Source: Candidatus Latescibacterota bacterium (lineage in GTDB: Bacteria > Latescibacterota > UBA2968 > GCA-2709665). From it: a stretch of DNA of 64,000 nucleotides. The DNA lies in assembly GCA_963662665.2 (NCBI GenBank), contig CAXXJS010000061.1, positions 32,001 through 96,000 on the forward strand, read 5' to 3'. Under the pieces are notes generated by a model that worked only from the letters and a program-made list of their open reading frames with translations, had not been told where the DNA came from and ran no database searches. Made by a program: the position numbers and the translations under genes. Positions 19,542 through 30,123 of this stretch are shown here, one piece after another. The first letter of the stretch is position 1, and every line of letters begins with the position of its first letter.

Positions 19542-19615
19542 GACATGGGAAGATTGCGGGCAGAAAGCGCTTGCCGCCATCCACAACATTTGACAATATC
19601 TCGTTCGGGGGCACA

Positions 19616-21454
19616 ATGTCTGATCATCGAATGAATTTCCTAATCAGAGACGTGACAAGAGACTTTCGAAACGTTTGTGCCAGCGTGGCAATGGTTGTGC
19701 GTACCGCCCCAAGTCAGTTGGTGCGTTTAGTTGTCCTAATGATAGTCTTAGGGTCAGGACCATCTGCGATCCTGTACATTCAGAAGATGGTAATTGATGA
19801 AGTTGTGGAGCACAAGGAATATTCAGTTGATGTATCTCTGTCAGTTGCTCTTATCGTGGGGATGATTGCCTTTGTTATATGCAATCTTCTGATGGACTCC
19901 ATCGAGACGATTCAGGGATTCCGAGTGGGGATTTTTGGGCGGGTTGTTGAGGGCAGAATAAAGGAGAGGGTATATCATAAGATCGCAATGTTTAACGATA
20001 TAGCACTTTTTGAGACACCCCAACTATTGAACGAACTCGAGCTTGCGCTTCGCGGAGTTGGCAGACTAAGGAGTCTTACCGCCGTAGTTGGGAATCTTTT
20101 GACCGGAACATTCGTGGTGATTCCTGTATTAGTTCTGTCAGCTTCGATTGAGTGGTGGGTTCCAATCGTGATTTTCGGCCTAATGGTGCCGTCTGTTTGT
20201 GTTCAATTCTATTACGAACAAAAGGCGTGGAACCTAGAGGCGCGACAAGCAAGTCTTCAAAGGCAGGTTGGGATCTTCGAAAGGATCCTGACTTCGAAGG
20301 AATTCGCAAAGGAGCTTCGGTTGTTCGGGATCCAGTCGTTGATCCTCGATCGTTGGAAGGATAAGTTTTGGTCTGCCTTCAGAGAAAGCTACGAGGTGAC
20401 GAGGCGTGGAACTTATCAGATTCTATTTTGGTCGCTACTCAGCGGTGTCGGAGTCGGTGCGCCGTTCGTGTACGTTGTTCTCGCAGTCTTGGATGGGCGT
20501 TTTTCGGTCGGTGATCTAGCGCTCTACGTTGGTCTTGTGTTCCAGGCACAGCGCGGCATTTACGTCATGGTCTGCAATGCGTCCGAGCTTCGCATTCTTG
20601 GGCTAGGTACCGGGCCAATCTTTCACATTCTCAATCTTGAACCAGGACTGAAGGATCAAGGCGGAGAAGTCGTTGAACGACATAAGTCAGCAATCGACAT
20701 TGACGGACTGTCCTTTTCGTATCCTGGAGAGACTCGTCTTGTACTGAAAGACATTAATCTGAGACTGCGAGACGGGGAGACAGTTGCAATTGTTGGAGAG
20801 AACGGAGCAGGAAAAACCACGCTTGTAAAGTTGCTATGTCGGCTCTTCGACCCTGTTAAGGGATCGATTTCCTGGAATGGTACGGATATCCGGGAAATTG
20901 GCTTAGCGGATCTAAGACGAAAAATCGGTACGGTGATGCAGGACTTCGCGCGGTTTCCGCTCTCGGGTGCAGAGAACATTGGCATCGGGTCAATTGACAA
21001 CCTGTGTGATAGGGATGCTATTGAAGCCGCAGCCACCGGTGCCGGACTTCGTGAGGTCCTTAAGACGCGGCCAGGATTTATGGACAAGCACTTAACAAGG
21101 GAACTCGATGACGGTATTGAACTATCCGGGGGGGAGTGGCAGCGGGTAGCACTTGCTCGAGCCTTCATGAGGCTGTCGCGATGCAGCCTGGCAATCCTGG
21201 ACGAGCCTACTGCGGCCCTGGATCCGAAAACGGAGTATGAAATACACTCCGTTCTAGCAGACATTGCTAAGGACAAGACTTCCGTGATTATTACACATCG
21301 GCTTTCCCTCGCTCGAATTTCTGACAGGATCGTTGTCCTTGAAGATGGTAGAGTCGTGGAGGAGGGCACTCACGAGGAGTTGATGTCGATCAGAGGCGTG
21401 TATTCATCAATGTTCAAGCGGCAAGCAATTCGCTACACGGATAATCCGGCATAG
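19616..21454 (+). CDS. ABC transporter, fused permease/ATP-binding (peptide-exporter type)
   Basis: N-terminal TM helices; GENGAGKTT; LSGGEWQRVALARA; ILDEPT. Confidence 0.93.
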   Translation: MSDHRMNFLIRDVTRDFRNVCASVAMVVRTAPSQLVRLVVLMIVLGSGPSAILYIQKMVIDEVVEHKEYSVDVSLSVALIVGMIAFVICNLLMDSIETIQGFRVGIFGRVVEGRIKERVYHKIAMFNDIALFETPQLLNELELALRGVGRLRSLTAVVGNLLTGTFVVIPVLVLSASIEWWVPIVIFGLMVPSVCVQFYYEQKAWNLEARQASLQRQVGIFERILTSKEFAKELRLFGIQSLILDRWKDKFWSAFRESYEVTRRGTYQILFWSLLSGVGVGAPFVYVVLAVLDGRFSVGDLALYVGLVFQAQRGIYVMVCNASELRILGLGTGPIFHILNLEPGLKDQGGEVVERHKSAIDIDGLSFSYPGETRLVLKDINLRLRDGETVAIVGENGAGKTTLVKLLCRLFDPVKGSISWNGTDIREIGLADLRRKIGTVMQDFARFPLSGAENIGIGSIDNLCDRDAIEAAATGAGLREVLKTRPGFMDKHLTRELDDGIELSGGEWQRVALARAFMRLSRCSLAILDEPTAALDPKTEYEIHSVLADIAKDKTSVIITHRLSLARISDRIVVLEDGRVVEEGTHEELMSIRGVYSSMFKRQAIRYTDNPA

Positions 21455-21513
21455 TTATGAGTAATGCAAGCTCATCGAAATGACGTACTCGATTTTGATA
21501 AAGGGGACAGGAA

Positions 21514-21630
21514 ATGAAGACGTATGGACGATGTGACGATCAATTTGTTTCTCAAGAATTTGGAAGCGAAGGGTTGCTGCTCAGTCTTCAAACGGGGCAA
21601 TATTACTCACTGAATCACACTGCTATTGCA
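21514..21630 (+). pseudogene. truncated PqqD/RRE family protein
   Basis: FVSQEFGSEGLLLSLQTGQYYSLNHTA is a typical PqqD N-terminus, then runs into attC-like DNA. Confidence 0.6.
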
Positions 21631-21668
21631 GGCACCGGGTTCACGGAGTTTCCGCGACCGATTGCAGT

Positions 21669-21749
21669 GGGTAAATTCTGCGCCGCCTTCAGGCGGCTTG
21701 GGTTTCGCCAACCGGCTAAGCCGGTTCATTAATCCACAAAACGTTACCT
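21669..21749 (+). other. attC-like site (family B, degenerate)
   Basis: TTCTGCGCCGCC...CGCCAACCGGCTAAGCCGGTTC...AAAAC-GTTACCT. Confidence 0.6.
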
Positions 21750-21987
21750 GCAATGCGCCGCTACGGCCGGTGCCGGGCCGGGAAAACCAATGGAATCCCG
21801 CTATCCCAGATCCAGAGACGAAACGGGCCCACTGCCTGATCAGTCAGAGATTACGGAACTCTGCAAGCGATTCTGGGATCTGGAAGTAAACCGCGTCCGC
21901 AGGGCGAATTCGCGGTGCGTCTTCTTTTGCGACAGTTTGCGGAACCGGATCAAACACCTTCAGCCCTGTTTCACACCTGTTCTCCTT

Positions 21988-22012
21988 GTAGGGGCGTCCC
22001 TTGTAGGCACCC
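21988..22012 (+). repeat. GTAG-type REP
   Basis: GTAGGGGCGTCCCTTGTAGGCACCC; copies at 34082 and 43686. Confidence 0.7.
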
Positions 22013-22107
22013 GGCTTCGGGGGTCGTGGTGATGTCTTGTAGCTGTTTGCGGCGCGGGGGCACGTCATTTTCGCGCATCGAGTATTGACCTGTTGCAGGG
22101 GGAATCG

Positions 22108-22602
22108 ATGTTCTCCGACGCTTCAATTGTGGTGATTGCTTTTCTCATCCTTGGTCCCGTTTTTGTTGGTATTCTCTTCAAGCTTTTCAGCCCCAAAATG
22201 CGCTCAGTTATCGATGTGCGAGGGCTTTCGGCGGATGAACAATTGGCTTTCCTTGAAGCCGCAGTGATAACGCTCCACGTTTAAGACCAACGACAAATGT
22301 CTGAGGAAATCGGGTTTCGGTCATTCCTTGGGCGTACCGAATGGAGAATTGACACTAAGAAAGAAATGGTTGGAATCCGCCCAAGAGCGTTGCGTGCTTT
22401 ACAGGACCCTCTTGATCTGGAAGCCTATATGAATGGCATCAAGGCAAAGTTATCCAGTGATAGGGTGGCAGATGCAATTCTGTCGGCCTGCAGGGATTTG
22501 AGTGAAAATGAGGGTGTTTCGCGGATTGAGGGCAGATTGTTGGCAGAACTTGAACGCAAATTACGTCCCGAAATTGAGCAGGTCCGAGTCGATGAGGGTT
22601 GA
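22108..22602 (+). pseudogene. membrane-anchored TerB-like protein split by an in-frame TAA (22282-22284)
   Basis: ORFs 22093-22284 and 22297-22602 are in the same frame. Confidence 0.5.
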
Positions 22603-22729
22603 ATTCCTCGTAGGAAGCACGGGATCGAAGGCGTGTGCGTTTTCGACGCAATCAACAGCTTGAAATGAAGGAGTCGGTTAACCGATGCGAGTCTCGGCTT
22701 CCTCTGGATCGATCGGGATCTGACCATCC

Positions 22730-23521
22730 ATGCACTTATACACCTACTTGCTGAAGATCCAGCTGCTCAACGCGCTGGCCTACCGCTTCGAGTATCTGTC
22801 ATCCATCGGGCGGAACCTGTTCTTCCTCCTCGGTTCCGTCTTCCTCTGGCGCACCGCGTATCGGGGGATCGACCAGGTCGCCGGAGTCACCGAGGCGCAG
22901 ATGGTTACCTATGCGGTCGTTGCCGTGCTGATGAATGCATGCTTTACAGTCAGCATCGACGACGTGCTTTTTAGCAAGATCCGCGCAGGTGAAATCGCAC
23001 TCGACCTGATCCGTCCGGTGAACCTTGTCTGGTACTGGATGACCGAAGACGTGGGGCGTTCGTTTGCCGCAGTCACACAGTTCGCCCTGCCCCTGCTGGC
23101 CGTCTCCCTCCTCTTTGTGGCGCCCCCGCTGCCCGCGGGAGTGGAAGCGTGGCTGCTGTTTCTGCCGAGTTGTGCGCTGAGCTTCCTGCTGCTGTGGCTG
23201 CTTAGCGTCCTGGTGGGCATGACGGCCTTCTGGGTCACGGACTTCGGGGACGTGGGCTCAGTGAAGACTAGCCTCGTCTTCGCCCTGTCGGGACGATTGG
23301 TGCCGATGTGGCTCTTCCCCGACTTCATCGCCGATGTATCGCGGTGGCTGCCGTTCCAGTACATGTACCAGGCGCCGCTGGAGATCTACATCGGTCGCGC
23401 CACTGCCGCGGAGGTCGTCCACATTCTCTCCGTGCAGGCGCTCTGGGTCGTGGTCTTCGCCCTGCTCGTTGGTCTCGTCTGGACGCGCGCCCAGCGGCGG
23501 GTCTTCGTACAGGGAGGATAG
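22730..23521 (+). CDS. ABC-2 family transporter permease (DUF990-like)
   Basis: Hydrophobic; IRAGEIALDLIRP; LSGRLVP..FP; LPFQY....P..IY. Confidence 0.9.
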   Translation: MHLYTYLLKIQLLNALAYRFEYLSSIGRNLFFLLGSVFLWRTAYRGIDQVAGVTEAQMVTYAVVAVLMNACFTVSIDDVLFSKIRAGEIALDLIRPVNLVWYWMTEDVGRSFAAVTQFALPLLAVSLLFVAPPLPAGVEAWLLFLPSCALSFLLLWLLSVLVGMTAFWVTDFGDVGSVKTSLVFALSGRLVPMWLFPDFIADVSRWLPFQYMYQAPLEIYIGRATAAEVVHILSVQALWVVVFALLVGLVWTRAQRRVFVQGG

Positions 23522-23529
23522 GTAAGCTC

Positions 23530-24345
23530 TTGATCGCCGACGTGCGTCATCACCTTTCCGTTGGAGCCCTGTATGGCCGCTTGTCGATACAGCGTGCGTT
23601 GGAATATCCGTTTTCGCTGCTGAGCATCTGCCTTGGACTGGGCTTCAACTACATCTGGATTGGCGTCGCCCTGAACGTGCTGGTCGACCGGTTCCAGCCG
23701 CTATCAGGATGGACTTTCCCACAGCTCGCCTTTCTTTATGGGCTGAGCCTGATGAGCCGTGGCGTCATGTCCATCCTGTCATTTCAGTCGCGCCAGATCG
23801 ATCGTTTTGTCACGCGCGGCGAGTTCGACCTGATGCTTCTCAGACCTCTGGAAATCGCATTCCACTTTTCCTGTCACCGAATCAATGTGGTCGGCCTCGT
23901 GCATCTGGGCATTGGCGCGGGCTACTTCCTCTATGGGGCCCGGCTGTCCGGTTTTGTCTGGACGCCGCTGCACGTTGCCGAGGTACTCCTCGTCATCGCT
24001 GGCGGGTCCCTGATCTACTGGTCCTACCTTACGCTCATCAGCTCCATTGCGTTCTGGACCATGCGAAGCCAGCCCCTCGTGGACGCCAGCATGGAACTGA
24101 TGGCGCGTGGCACGTTTTACCCGTTGACCGTGTACCCGTGGCCCCTGCAGGCGCTATTGACCTTTGTACTGCCCCTCGGCTTCATCGGGTTCTACCCCGC
24201 CTGCGACTTCCTCGGCCAGAATGCGAACACGTCTCTGCCCCTTGACGTGGCCCTGTGGACGCCCGCCGTGGGTGTGGCCATGCTCGCCCTGGCGCTGGCC
24301 GTCTTTGCCGCCGGCCTTCGCCGCTATGAAAGCGCAGGATCGTAG
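23530..24345 (+). CDS. ABC-2 family transporter permease (DUF990-like)
   Basis: GEFDLMLLRP; YPLTVYP; FIGFYP; RRYESAGS C-terminus; TTG start. Confidence 0.9.
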   Translation: MIADVRHHLSVGALYGRLSIQRALEYPFSLLSICLGLGFNYIWIGVALNVLVDRFQPLSGWTFPQLAFLYGLSLMSRGVMSILSFQSRQIDRFVTRGEFDLMLLRPLEIAFHFSCHRINVVGLVHLGIGAGYFLYGARLSGFVWTPLHVAEVLLVIAGGSLIYWSYLTLISSIAFWTMRSQPLVDASMELMARGTFYPLTVYPWPLQALLTFVLPLGFIGFYPACDFLGQNANTSLPLDVALWTPAVGVAMLALALAVFAAGLRRYESAGS

Positions 24346-25344
24346 ATGCCACATATAGAGTTGGAGGGGGTTTGCAAGACCTTCCGCGTGACGGCGAAGG
24401 GAAAGGGGTTGGCCGGTGCGGTGAAGGGCTTGTTCCGTCCCAACCGACGTGAAGTGTACGCGGTGCGCGACGTGAGCTTTGCGATTGAACCGGGCGAGCT
24501 GGTGGGATTCATCGGTCCAAACGGCGCGGGGAAGTCGACGACGATCAAGATGCTCTCCGGCATCCTCTACCCCACGTCCGGGCGCGTCACCGTCGTCGGC
24601 CTCTCGCCCCAGAGGCAACGGCGGGCGGTTGTCCGGCGAATTGGCGCCGTGTTCGGTCAGCGCAGCCAACTGAACTGGGACCTTCGCCTGGGTGAGTCCT
24701 ACGAACTCTTCAAGCGGATCTACCGCATTGCCGACGACGACTTCGAGCGAAGCCTGGCCGAGCTCTGCGAGGTCCTCGGCATCGGCGACCTGCTCGACAC
24801 GCCGGTGCGGCAGTTGTCCCTGGGACAACGCATGCGCGGGGAGTTGGCCTGCGCCATGCTGCACGCGCCGGATATCCTGTTTCTCGATGAGCCCACAATC
24901 GGGATGGACATCGAGGTGAAAGCGGCGATCCGGGCATTCATCCGAGACATCAATCGACGCCGGTGCACGACCGTGCTGCTGACCACGCACGACCTGGATG
25001 ACGTGGAGGAGCTCTGCGAGCGACTCATCATCATCAATCAGGGACGGATAATCGAAGACGGGCCACTGGCGGCGCTCGTCGACTCAATCACCCCGCACCG
25101 CTATCTGATTGTCGAGTGCGATCCGGGCGCCGGAGAGCCGCTGAGTGGGTTCGCGCATCCCAACGCGGAGATCCTCGAACGGCGGAACAATGTGGTCCGC
25201 ATCCGCTTTGCGAGGAGCCAGGTGTCTGCGCCGGCTCTCATCGCGGAGCTGTCGGCCCGCTATCGGGTGCGCGACGTGTCCGTCCAGGAGCCCGACATCG
25301 AGGACGTGATTCGCACGGTCTACGGGCGCGACGTTGAACACTAG
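24346..25344 (+). CDS. ABC transporter ATP-binding protein
   Basis: GPNGAGKST; LSLGQRMR; FLDEPT. Confidence 0.95.
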   Translation: MPHIELEGVCKTFRVTAKGKGLAGAVKGLFRPNRREVYAVRDVSFAIEPGELVGFIGPNGAGKSTTIKMLSGILYPTSGRVTVVGLSPQRQRRAVVRRIGAVFGQRSQLNWDLRLGESYELFKRIYRIADDDFERSLAELCEVLGIGDLLDTPVRQLSLGQRMRGELACAMLHAPDILFLDEPTIGMDIEVKAAIRAFIRDINRRRCTTVLLTTHDLDDVEELCERLIIINQGRIIEDGPLAALVDSITPHRYLIVECDPGAGEPLSGFAHPNAEILERRNNVVRIRFARSQVSAPALIAELSARYRVRDVSVQEPDIEDVIRTVYGRDVEH

Positions 25345-25433
25345 ACGCAGTCAGAGTGTTCAGAAAGCAGGATGATTTCCTGTGCTGCCAGATCGTTGTT
25401 CGGCACGCGATCACAACAAAATAGGAATGTAAT

Positions 25434-26075
25434 ATGAAAATTCTCTTCGTTTGCCTGCTCACGCTTCTCTTCTCGGTTTCGACCCTCGAAGCGGATTCCG
25501 GCTCCGCCGACGACTACGGACGGAGCCGGCCAGACGGCCTGATCATCCCGTGGCAATCGCTTCTTCAGGGTAAGGGCCTCCAGGGCTGGCAGGCGACCAC
25601 GTCATCCGGAGGGTGGTCTCGCGTTGGCGACGCCGTTGTCGGCGAACTGGATGGCAAACGCAAGTCCCATATTTTCCAGGGGGATGCCAACTGGAAGAAC
25701 TACGAGTATTCGCTTTTCGTCACGCTGGGAGAGGGCTCCTGCTTGCAGTTTCCCTTCCGCGCGACTGACAACAGGAAGGGCTTCTACTTTGTCGAATTCG
25801 ATTATGCGTGGCAGTCGATCAACGTCACGTTGCGCGAGCCGGGCATCCGCGGCGTTACCAAGCTCAGTGTCGTCAACTACGCTCTGGAAAAGGGCCGCGA
25901 GTACCACCTCATCATCTCGGCCCGGCACCGCTCGCTGACCACCTATATTGACGGTAAGCTCGTCAACCAGGTGACCGATGCCAGGTACGACGGGGGAGGC
26001 ATCGGCATCGCAATGTGGTGGGACACGCGAGCGGAGTACCGCGATCCGAAGATACGGCATTACAGTTGGCCGTAG
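25434..26075 (+). CDS. secreted DUF1080/3-keto-disaccharide hydrolase-like protein
   Basis: Signal peptide; W.NYE; TYIDGKLV...D....GGIG; R.P.I. Confidence 0.7.
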   Translation: MKILFVCLLTLLFSVSTLEADSGSADDYGRSRPDGLIIPWQSLLQGKGLQGWQATTSSGGWSRVGDAVVGELDGKRKSHIFQGDANWKNYEYSLFVTLGEGSCLQFPFRATDNRKGFYFVEFDYAWQSINVTLREPGIRGVTKLSVVNYALEKGREYHLIISARHRSLTTYIDGKLVNQVTDARYDGGGIGIAMWWDTRAEYRDPKIRHYSWP

Positions 26076-26179
26076 CGCTTTGCCCCGGAGATAGATCGCC
26101 GAAATTCGACTGAATAGAAGCAGAGGAAACAGCTATCAGCCGTCAGCTTGAATCAATAACTCCATCAGATAAACGGTCC

Positions 26180-26312
26180 AATCACTCCCCCCTCGAGGGG
26201 GAGTCGGAAAAGCCGAGCCGGCCCCCTGAACCGGGCCTGCGGTCCCTGAGCCTTGTCCTCTGCCAGTCTTAGGACCGTCGAAGGGGCCGGCGACGGCTGA
26301 TGCGGTGGGGGG
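26180..26312 (-). repeat. palindromic REP-like element (CCCCCTCRAGGGGGAG family)
   Basis: Reverse complement of 34758-34877; third copy at 54930-55035. Confidence 0.75.
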
Positions 26313-26716
26313 ATGTCAACTTCGTAACGCATAAAAACAACATAAACCACAGGTACGTACCCTGTGTCTCCGGCAACTCACTGTGAAGGCTTGCGGACCT
26401 GCAGACACAAATGGACATGGAAAATTAGAGGAGTCTCTCGTGGCTGAAGTTCCCTTGGTCAGAATTGGACGCCCATCTGTCCCGATTCGGATTTTGCTTA
26501 CCGATGCAGAATTCGTTACATTTCCCGCGGGATTTCGTCGGTAGGATCCATATCCCAGGGAGAACACGGCACCATTGGCTGGGATTCCACGTCTATTGCC
26601 AAATTGACTTGGCCGTTTACGCTTTGGACCCCATCGGATTGAAGTCAGATTCAACATCGGTTGACACGGCACCTCTGACTTCGGGGGTGCCGGGTATTTT
26701 ATGGGTCATGTGACCA

Positions 26717-27157
26717 ATGAAAACCCGCCACAGAGCGTATGCGTATATCACCAGTGGGAGCCGCCTGCTCCTCTTCACTCAGCCCGGGGCGCCGGAAGCC
26801 GGCATTCAGGTTCCCGCGGGGACGATCGGGCCCGGTGAGAAGCCGGAGGATGCCGTGATGCGAGAAGCCGAAGAGGAGACGGGACTAACCGGGCTCAGAT
26901 ATGAACGGTTCCTGGTCCGGGATACACGGGACATGCGGGATTGCGGGAGCGATGAACGACAACATCGCTGGTTCTTTCATCTAACCGTCGAAGCACCAAC
27001 GGAGGAAACCTGGCGTCACGGAGAACATTCGGAGGACGGATCGCTTATCCATCCGTTCGATTTCTTCTGGGCCGACGTCAGAACACTTCCTGATCTCGTT
27101 GCGGGATACGACGACAAGATTGATTTACTGAGAGAGTCAATGGACGCATGCGGGTAG
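26717..27157 (+). CDS. NUDIX hydrolase
   Basis: VPAGTIGPGEKPEDAVMREAEEETGL. Confidence 0.92.
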   Translation: MKTRHRAYAYITSGSRLLLFTQPGAPEAGIQVPAGTIGPGEKPEDAVMREAEEETGLTGLRYERFLVRDTRDMRDCGSDERQHRWFFHLTVEAPTEETWRHGEHSEDGSLIHPFDFFWADVRTLPDLVAGYDDKIDLLRESMDACG

Positions 27158-27167
27158 CGCAATCGTC

Positions 27168-27259
27168 CTGTAACAGACGGGATCCCGCTGCGACGTCCCT
27201 CAGGCGACCAGGCGCCGTAGTCAACGGTTTCGCGATTCGGGTGCGGTGAGGCGTTCTCT
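27168..27259 (+). other. degenerate attC-like site
   Basis: CTGTAAC...CAACGGTTTCGCGATTCGG...GC-GTTCTCT. Confidence 0.55.
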
Positions 27260-27310
27260 GCGTGGCGCCGTCGTTGACCCGGCAACCCGAGTTCAGGAAG
27301 GCTTGAAGAG

Positions 27311-27964
27311 ATGACAGATCGAATCACCGATGATGACTTCGCCGAACAGCGTTCTGCGATCGATTCAGATATGGATGCTGGCGGAGATCGTGACCAGCTC
27401 GATCAGGCAATTCGTACGGAAGCCGATGGACTGCTTAGGACAAAAGGCTTGAGAGGTCTACTCGAAGACTACGGTACTCCCCATGTCACGGGTAGTTACG
27501 CGTTGCACCTGATGACCTGGAGGGATCTCGATATCTGTCTGGAAGCGCCGAATTTATCTGAGGGATCGTTCTTTCGTCTGGGAGGCAGGATCGCATCCTG
27601 CCTTGCGCCGGTAAGAATGAGTTTTCGCAATGAACGCATAAACCGGACTCCAAACCTACCGTTGGGTCTCTATTGGGGTGTCTATCTCGGGGATGAGAGA
27701 AAAGGCGCATGGAAGATTGATATCTGGGCCGTTGATTCTGAAGAATGCGAGCGCCAGCTTCAGTTTAATCGACGGCTTGCAGCGGCCCTGACACCTTCAT
27801 TTCGCAGTAAGATTCTCAGCATCAAACAGGCCTGTTGGAAGGATCCTGGATATCGGAAGACGTATACGAGTCAAGACATATACCGTGCGGTGATCGAACA
27901 AGGCATAGAGGACGTTGATGGCTTCAAAGACCACATGAAGGGCAGGGGCGTGAGCGTCTGTTAA
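27311..27964 (+). CDS. nucleotidyltransferase-like protein
   Basis: TGSYAL.LM.WRDLDI; WKIDIW. Confidence 0.75.
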   Translation: MTDRITDDDFAEQRSAIDSDMDAGGDRDQLDQAIRTEADGLLRTKGLRGLLEDYGTPHVTGSYALHLMTWRDLDICLEAPNLSEGSFFRLGGRIASCLAPVRMSFRNERINRTPNLPLGLYWGVYLGDERKGAWKIDIWAVDSEECERQLQFNRRLAAALTPSFRSKILSIKQACWKDPGYRKTYTSQDIYRAVIEQGIEDVDGFKDHMKGRGVSVC

Positions 27965-28125
27965 CACCATGGCGGCTGCGGGCTTTTCGGTTCTTCGCAC
28001 AACCGATACGGCGGCATATACTCATAGGTTCCGAGAAAGTCACGCTTCACTTTCATTCCGACAATTCATCACCTCAGGTTTTGAATGACTGCTCCAAAAC
28101 CTCACTTTCGGTCTTCAGGCATTGA

Positions 28126-28314
28126 CCTTGATTCGTAGTTCTTCGGGGAAGTAAAACTGAATATATGCAAGTAGAAAAAGGCGATTGACTTCTGATTACC
28201 AGGATACACCAGGTCACTGGACGTGAACTCAAATAATGTCCTTCTTGACGACCGTTACGCCCCGTTTCACGGATTTTCGTCGCGTTGCCGAGTTGCTGTT
28301 TTTTCGGATTGGGG
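28126..28314 (+). mobile_element. MITE copy 3 (189 bp)
   Basis: CCTTGATTCG...GGATTGGGG, flanks TTGA/TTAA. Confidence 0.88.
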
Positions 28315-28355
28315 TTAATTGCCTGCGGCGATTTACTATTTTTCGAGTCCGCGTC

Positions 28356-28468
28356 ATTTAACTGCAGGGTCTGTGCCGCGGCGCGGAGCCTGTCCTGAGT
28401 TCACCGAACGGGCGCCCTGGCCTCCTGCAAATCGCTTTGCGAGTCCAGAAACCGGAATAACTTTAGAC
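28356..28468 (+). other. attC-like site (family B) with a REP-like insert
   Basis: ATTTAAC...TTTAGAC aligns with 10849-10939 except for extra CCTGTCCTGAGTTCACCGAACGG. Confidence 0.6.
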
Positions 28469-28471
28469 GAT

Positions 28472-29083
28472 ATGGGAATGGGACATCGACGAGCAAGACT
28501 CGCTTCTCCGCAGCACCGGATCGGGCGGCGGATCCATGTGGTTGGCAATAGTTGCTCCGGAAAAAGTACCCTGGGTAAACAGTTGGCGGCCGACCTTCAG
28601 GTCCCGTTTGTGGAATTGGATGCACTCAATTGGCAACCCGGCTGGGTGGGGTTACACGAAACAGATCCGGAGGAGTTTGAGAGACTCATCGCGAAGGCGA
28701 CTGATGGAGACGGATGGGTTGTCGCTGGTTCATATATGAGTTTTTCGCAACGGGTTTTCTGGCCGCGATTGGAGACGGTGGTCTGGCTGGATTTACCCGT
28801 GTACCGGCTCGTCTGGCGCGTACTCTCGCGATCGTGGCGACGCTGGCGGTCAAACGAACTGCTATGGGGCACCAACTATGAGCGGTTTTGGCCCACGCTG
28901 AAGATCTGGAACAAGGAAGACTCACTCGTGTGGTGGATAGTTACGCAGCATAGGCGTAAACGCCGGAACATGCGAGCATATATGTCAGAGCCTCGCTGGA
29001 AGCACATACAGTTCATGCGTCTCGGATCATCGGCCGAAGTTGCTGTATTTTCTCCTGTCAGCGGAATGAAGCCGCAGGCCTGA
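28472..29083 (+). CDS. adenylate kinase-like/topology modulation P-loop protein
   Basis: VVGNSCSGKSTLG; ELDAL.W.PGW; WVV.G.Y; WLDLP. Confidence 0.88.
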   Translation: MGMGHRRARLASPQHRIGRRIHVVGNSCSGKSTLGKQLAADLQVPFVELDALNWQPGWVGLHETDPEEFERLIAKATDGDGWVVAGSYMSFSQRVFWPRLETVVWLDLPVYRLVWRVLSRSWRRWRSNELLWGTNYERFWPTLKIWNKEDSLVWWIVTQHRRKRRNMRAYMSEPRWKHIQFMRLGSSAEVAVFSPVSGMKPQA

Positions 29084-29143
29084 ATCTCGTGCGCAGTGTC
29101 TTTCTGAGAGACAGATGGGAATTCGAACCCGTACGAAGAAGAG

Positions 29144-29878
29144 ATGTACGTTACAAAGGAAGGAATACGCTTGAACAGCCAGAACGATGTTCCCGGAATG
29201 GCGCTGATACCGGCAGGAGAATTTTTGATGGGCGCCGTGAATAACGATGATATGGGTTACACCGGAGCCTTCCTTGAAGAGAATCCCCAGCACCAAGTCA
29301 ATCTGGAAGCATACGCTATCGATACCCATCTGGTTTCGGTAGAGCAGTATCACGGATTCATGCAGGCGGCAGACTATCGCCCTGAGACCTGGCAGGACAA
29401 CTGGCTGGATGCACCCATTCAGCCTGTCAGGAGTATTTCATTGCCGGATGTTCTCCAATATTGTGATTGGGCGGGAAAGAGGCTGCCCACCGAGGCGGAA
29501 TGGGAGAAGGCGGCCAGAGGAGGCCTGGTCAACCAGCTGTTTCCGTGGGGTGACGATGCCTTTGATGGATCGCAGGCGGCAGATCGCAAGATAGAAGAAG
29601 GCCCTCCGGACGTCGGTACGTTCCCACCAAACGGGTTCGGACTCTACGACATGGTTGGCTCCTTGTGGCAATGGTGCAGAGATGACAGGCGACTCTATAC
29701 CAATGACCGCAGACATTGTCCCATAGGGCCCCTGGGAGGTGAAACGCGGTCGGCACGGGGAGGCGACTGGTATACCAGCCCGTTTCATAAGCGATGCTCC
29801 AGGCGGGGGGGCGTGCGCTTGAGAGGCGGGTCGGGAAATCTGGGATTCCGTTGTGTCCGGGACGAAATCAATGCCTGA
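29144..29878 (+). CDS. formylglycine-generating enzyme (SUMF1/EgtB/PvdO) family
   Basis: IPAGEFLMG; KRLPTEAEWEKAARGG; PNGFGLYDMVG; GFRC. Confidence 0.93.
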   Translation: MYVTKEGIRLNSQNDVPGMALIPAGEFLMGAVNNDDMGYTGAFLEENPQHQVNLEAYAIDTHLVSVEQYHGFMQAADYRPETWQDNWLDAPIQPVRSISLPDVLQYCDWAGKRLPTEAEWEKAARGGLVNQLFPWGDDAFDGSQAADRKIEEGPPDVGTFPPNGFGLYDMVGSLWQWCRDDRRLYTNDRRHCPIGPLGGETRSARGGDWYTSPFHKRCSRRGGVRLRGGSGNLGFRCVRDEINA

Positions 29879-30069
29879 CCTTGATTCGACATTTTTCCGG
29901 GACGTTAAATCGAGTATAGGTAAGTGGATAAAGGTGATTTAACGGCTGATTACCAGGATACACCAGGTCACTGGACGCAAACTGAAAAAATGTCCTTTTT
30001 GACGACCGTTGCGCCCCGTTTCAGGGGTTTTCGTCGCGTCGTCGAGTTGCTGTTTTTTTCGGATTGGGG
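29879..30069 (+). mobile_element. MITE copy 4 (191 bp)
   Basis: CCTTGATTCG...GGATTGGGG, flanks CTGA/TTAA; abuts a stop codon. Confidence 0.88.
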
Positions 30070-30123
30070 TTAACTCTGACGGGTCCACTCCACAACCGCC
30101 GTTCATGCGAGGAGAGTTTAGAG

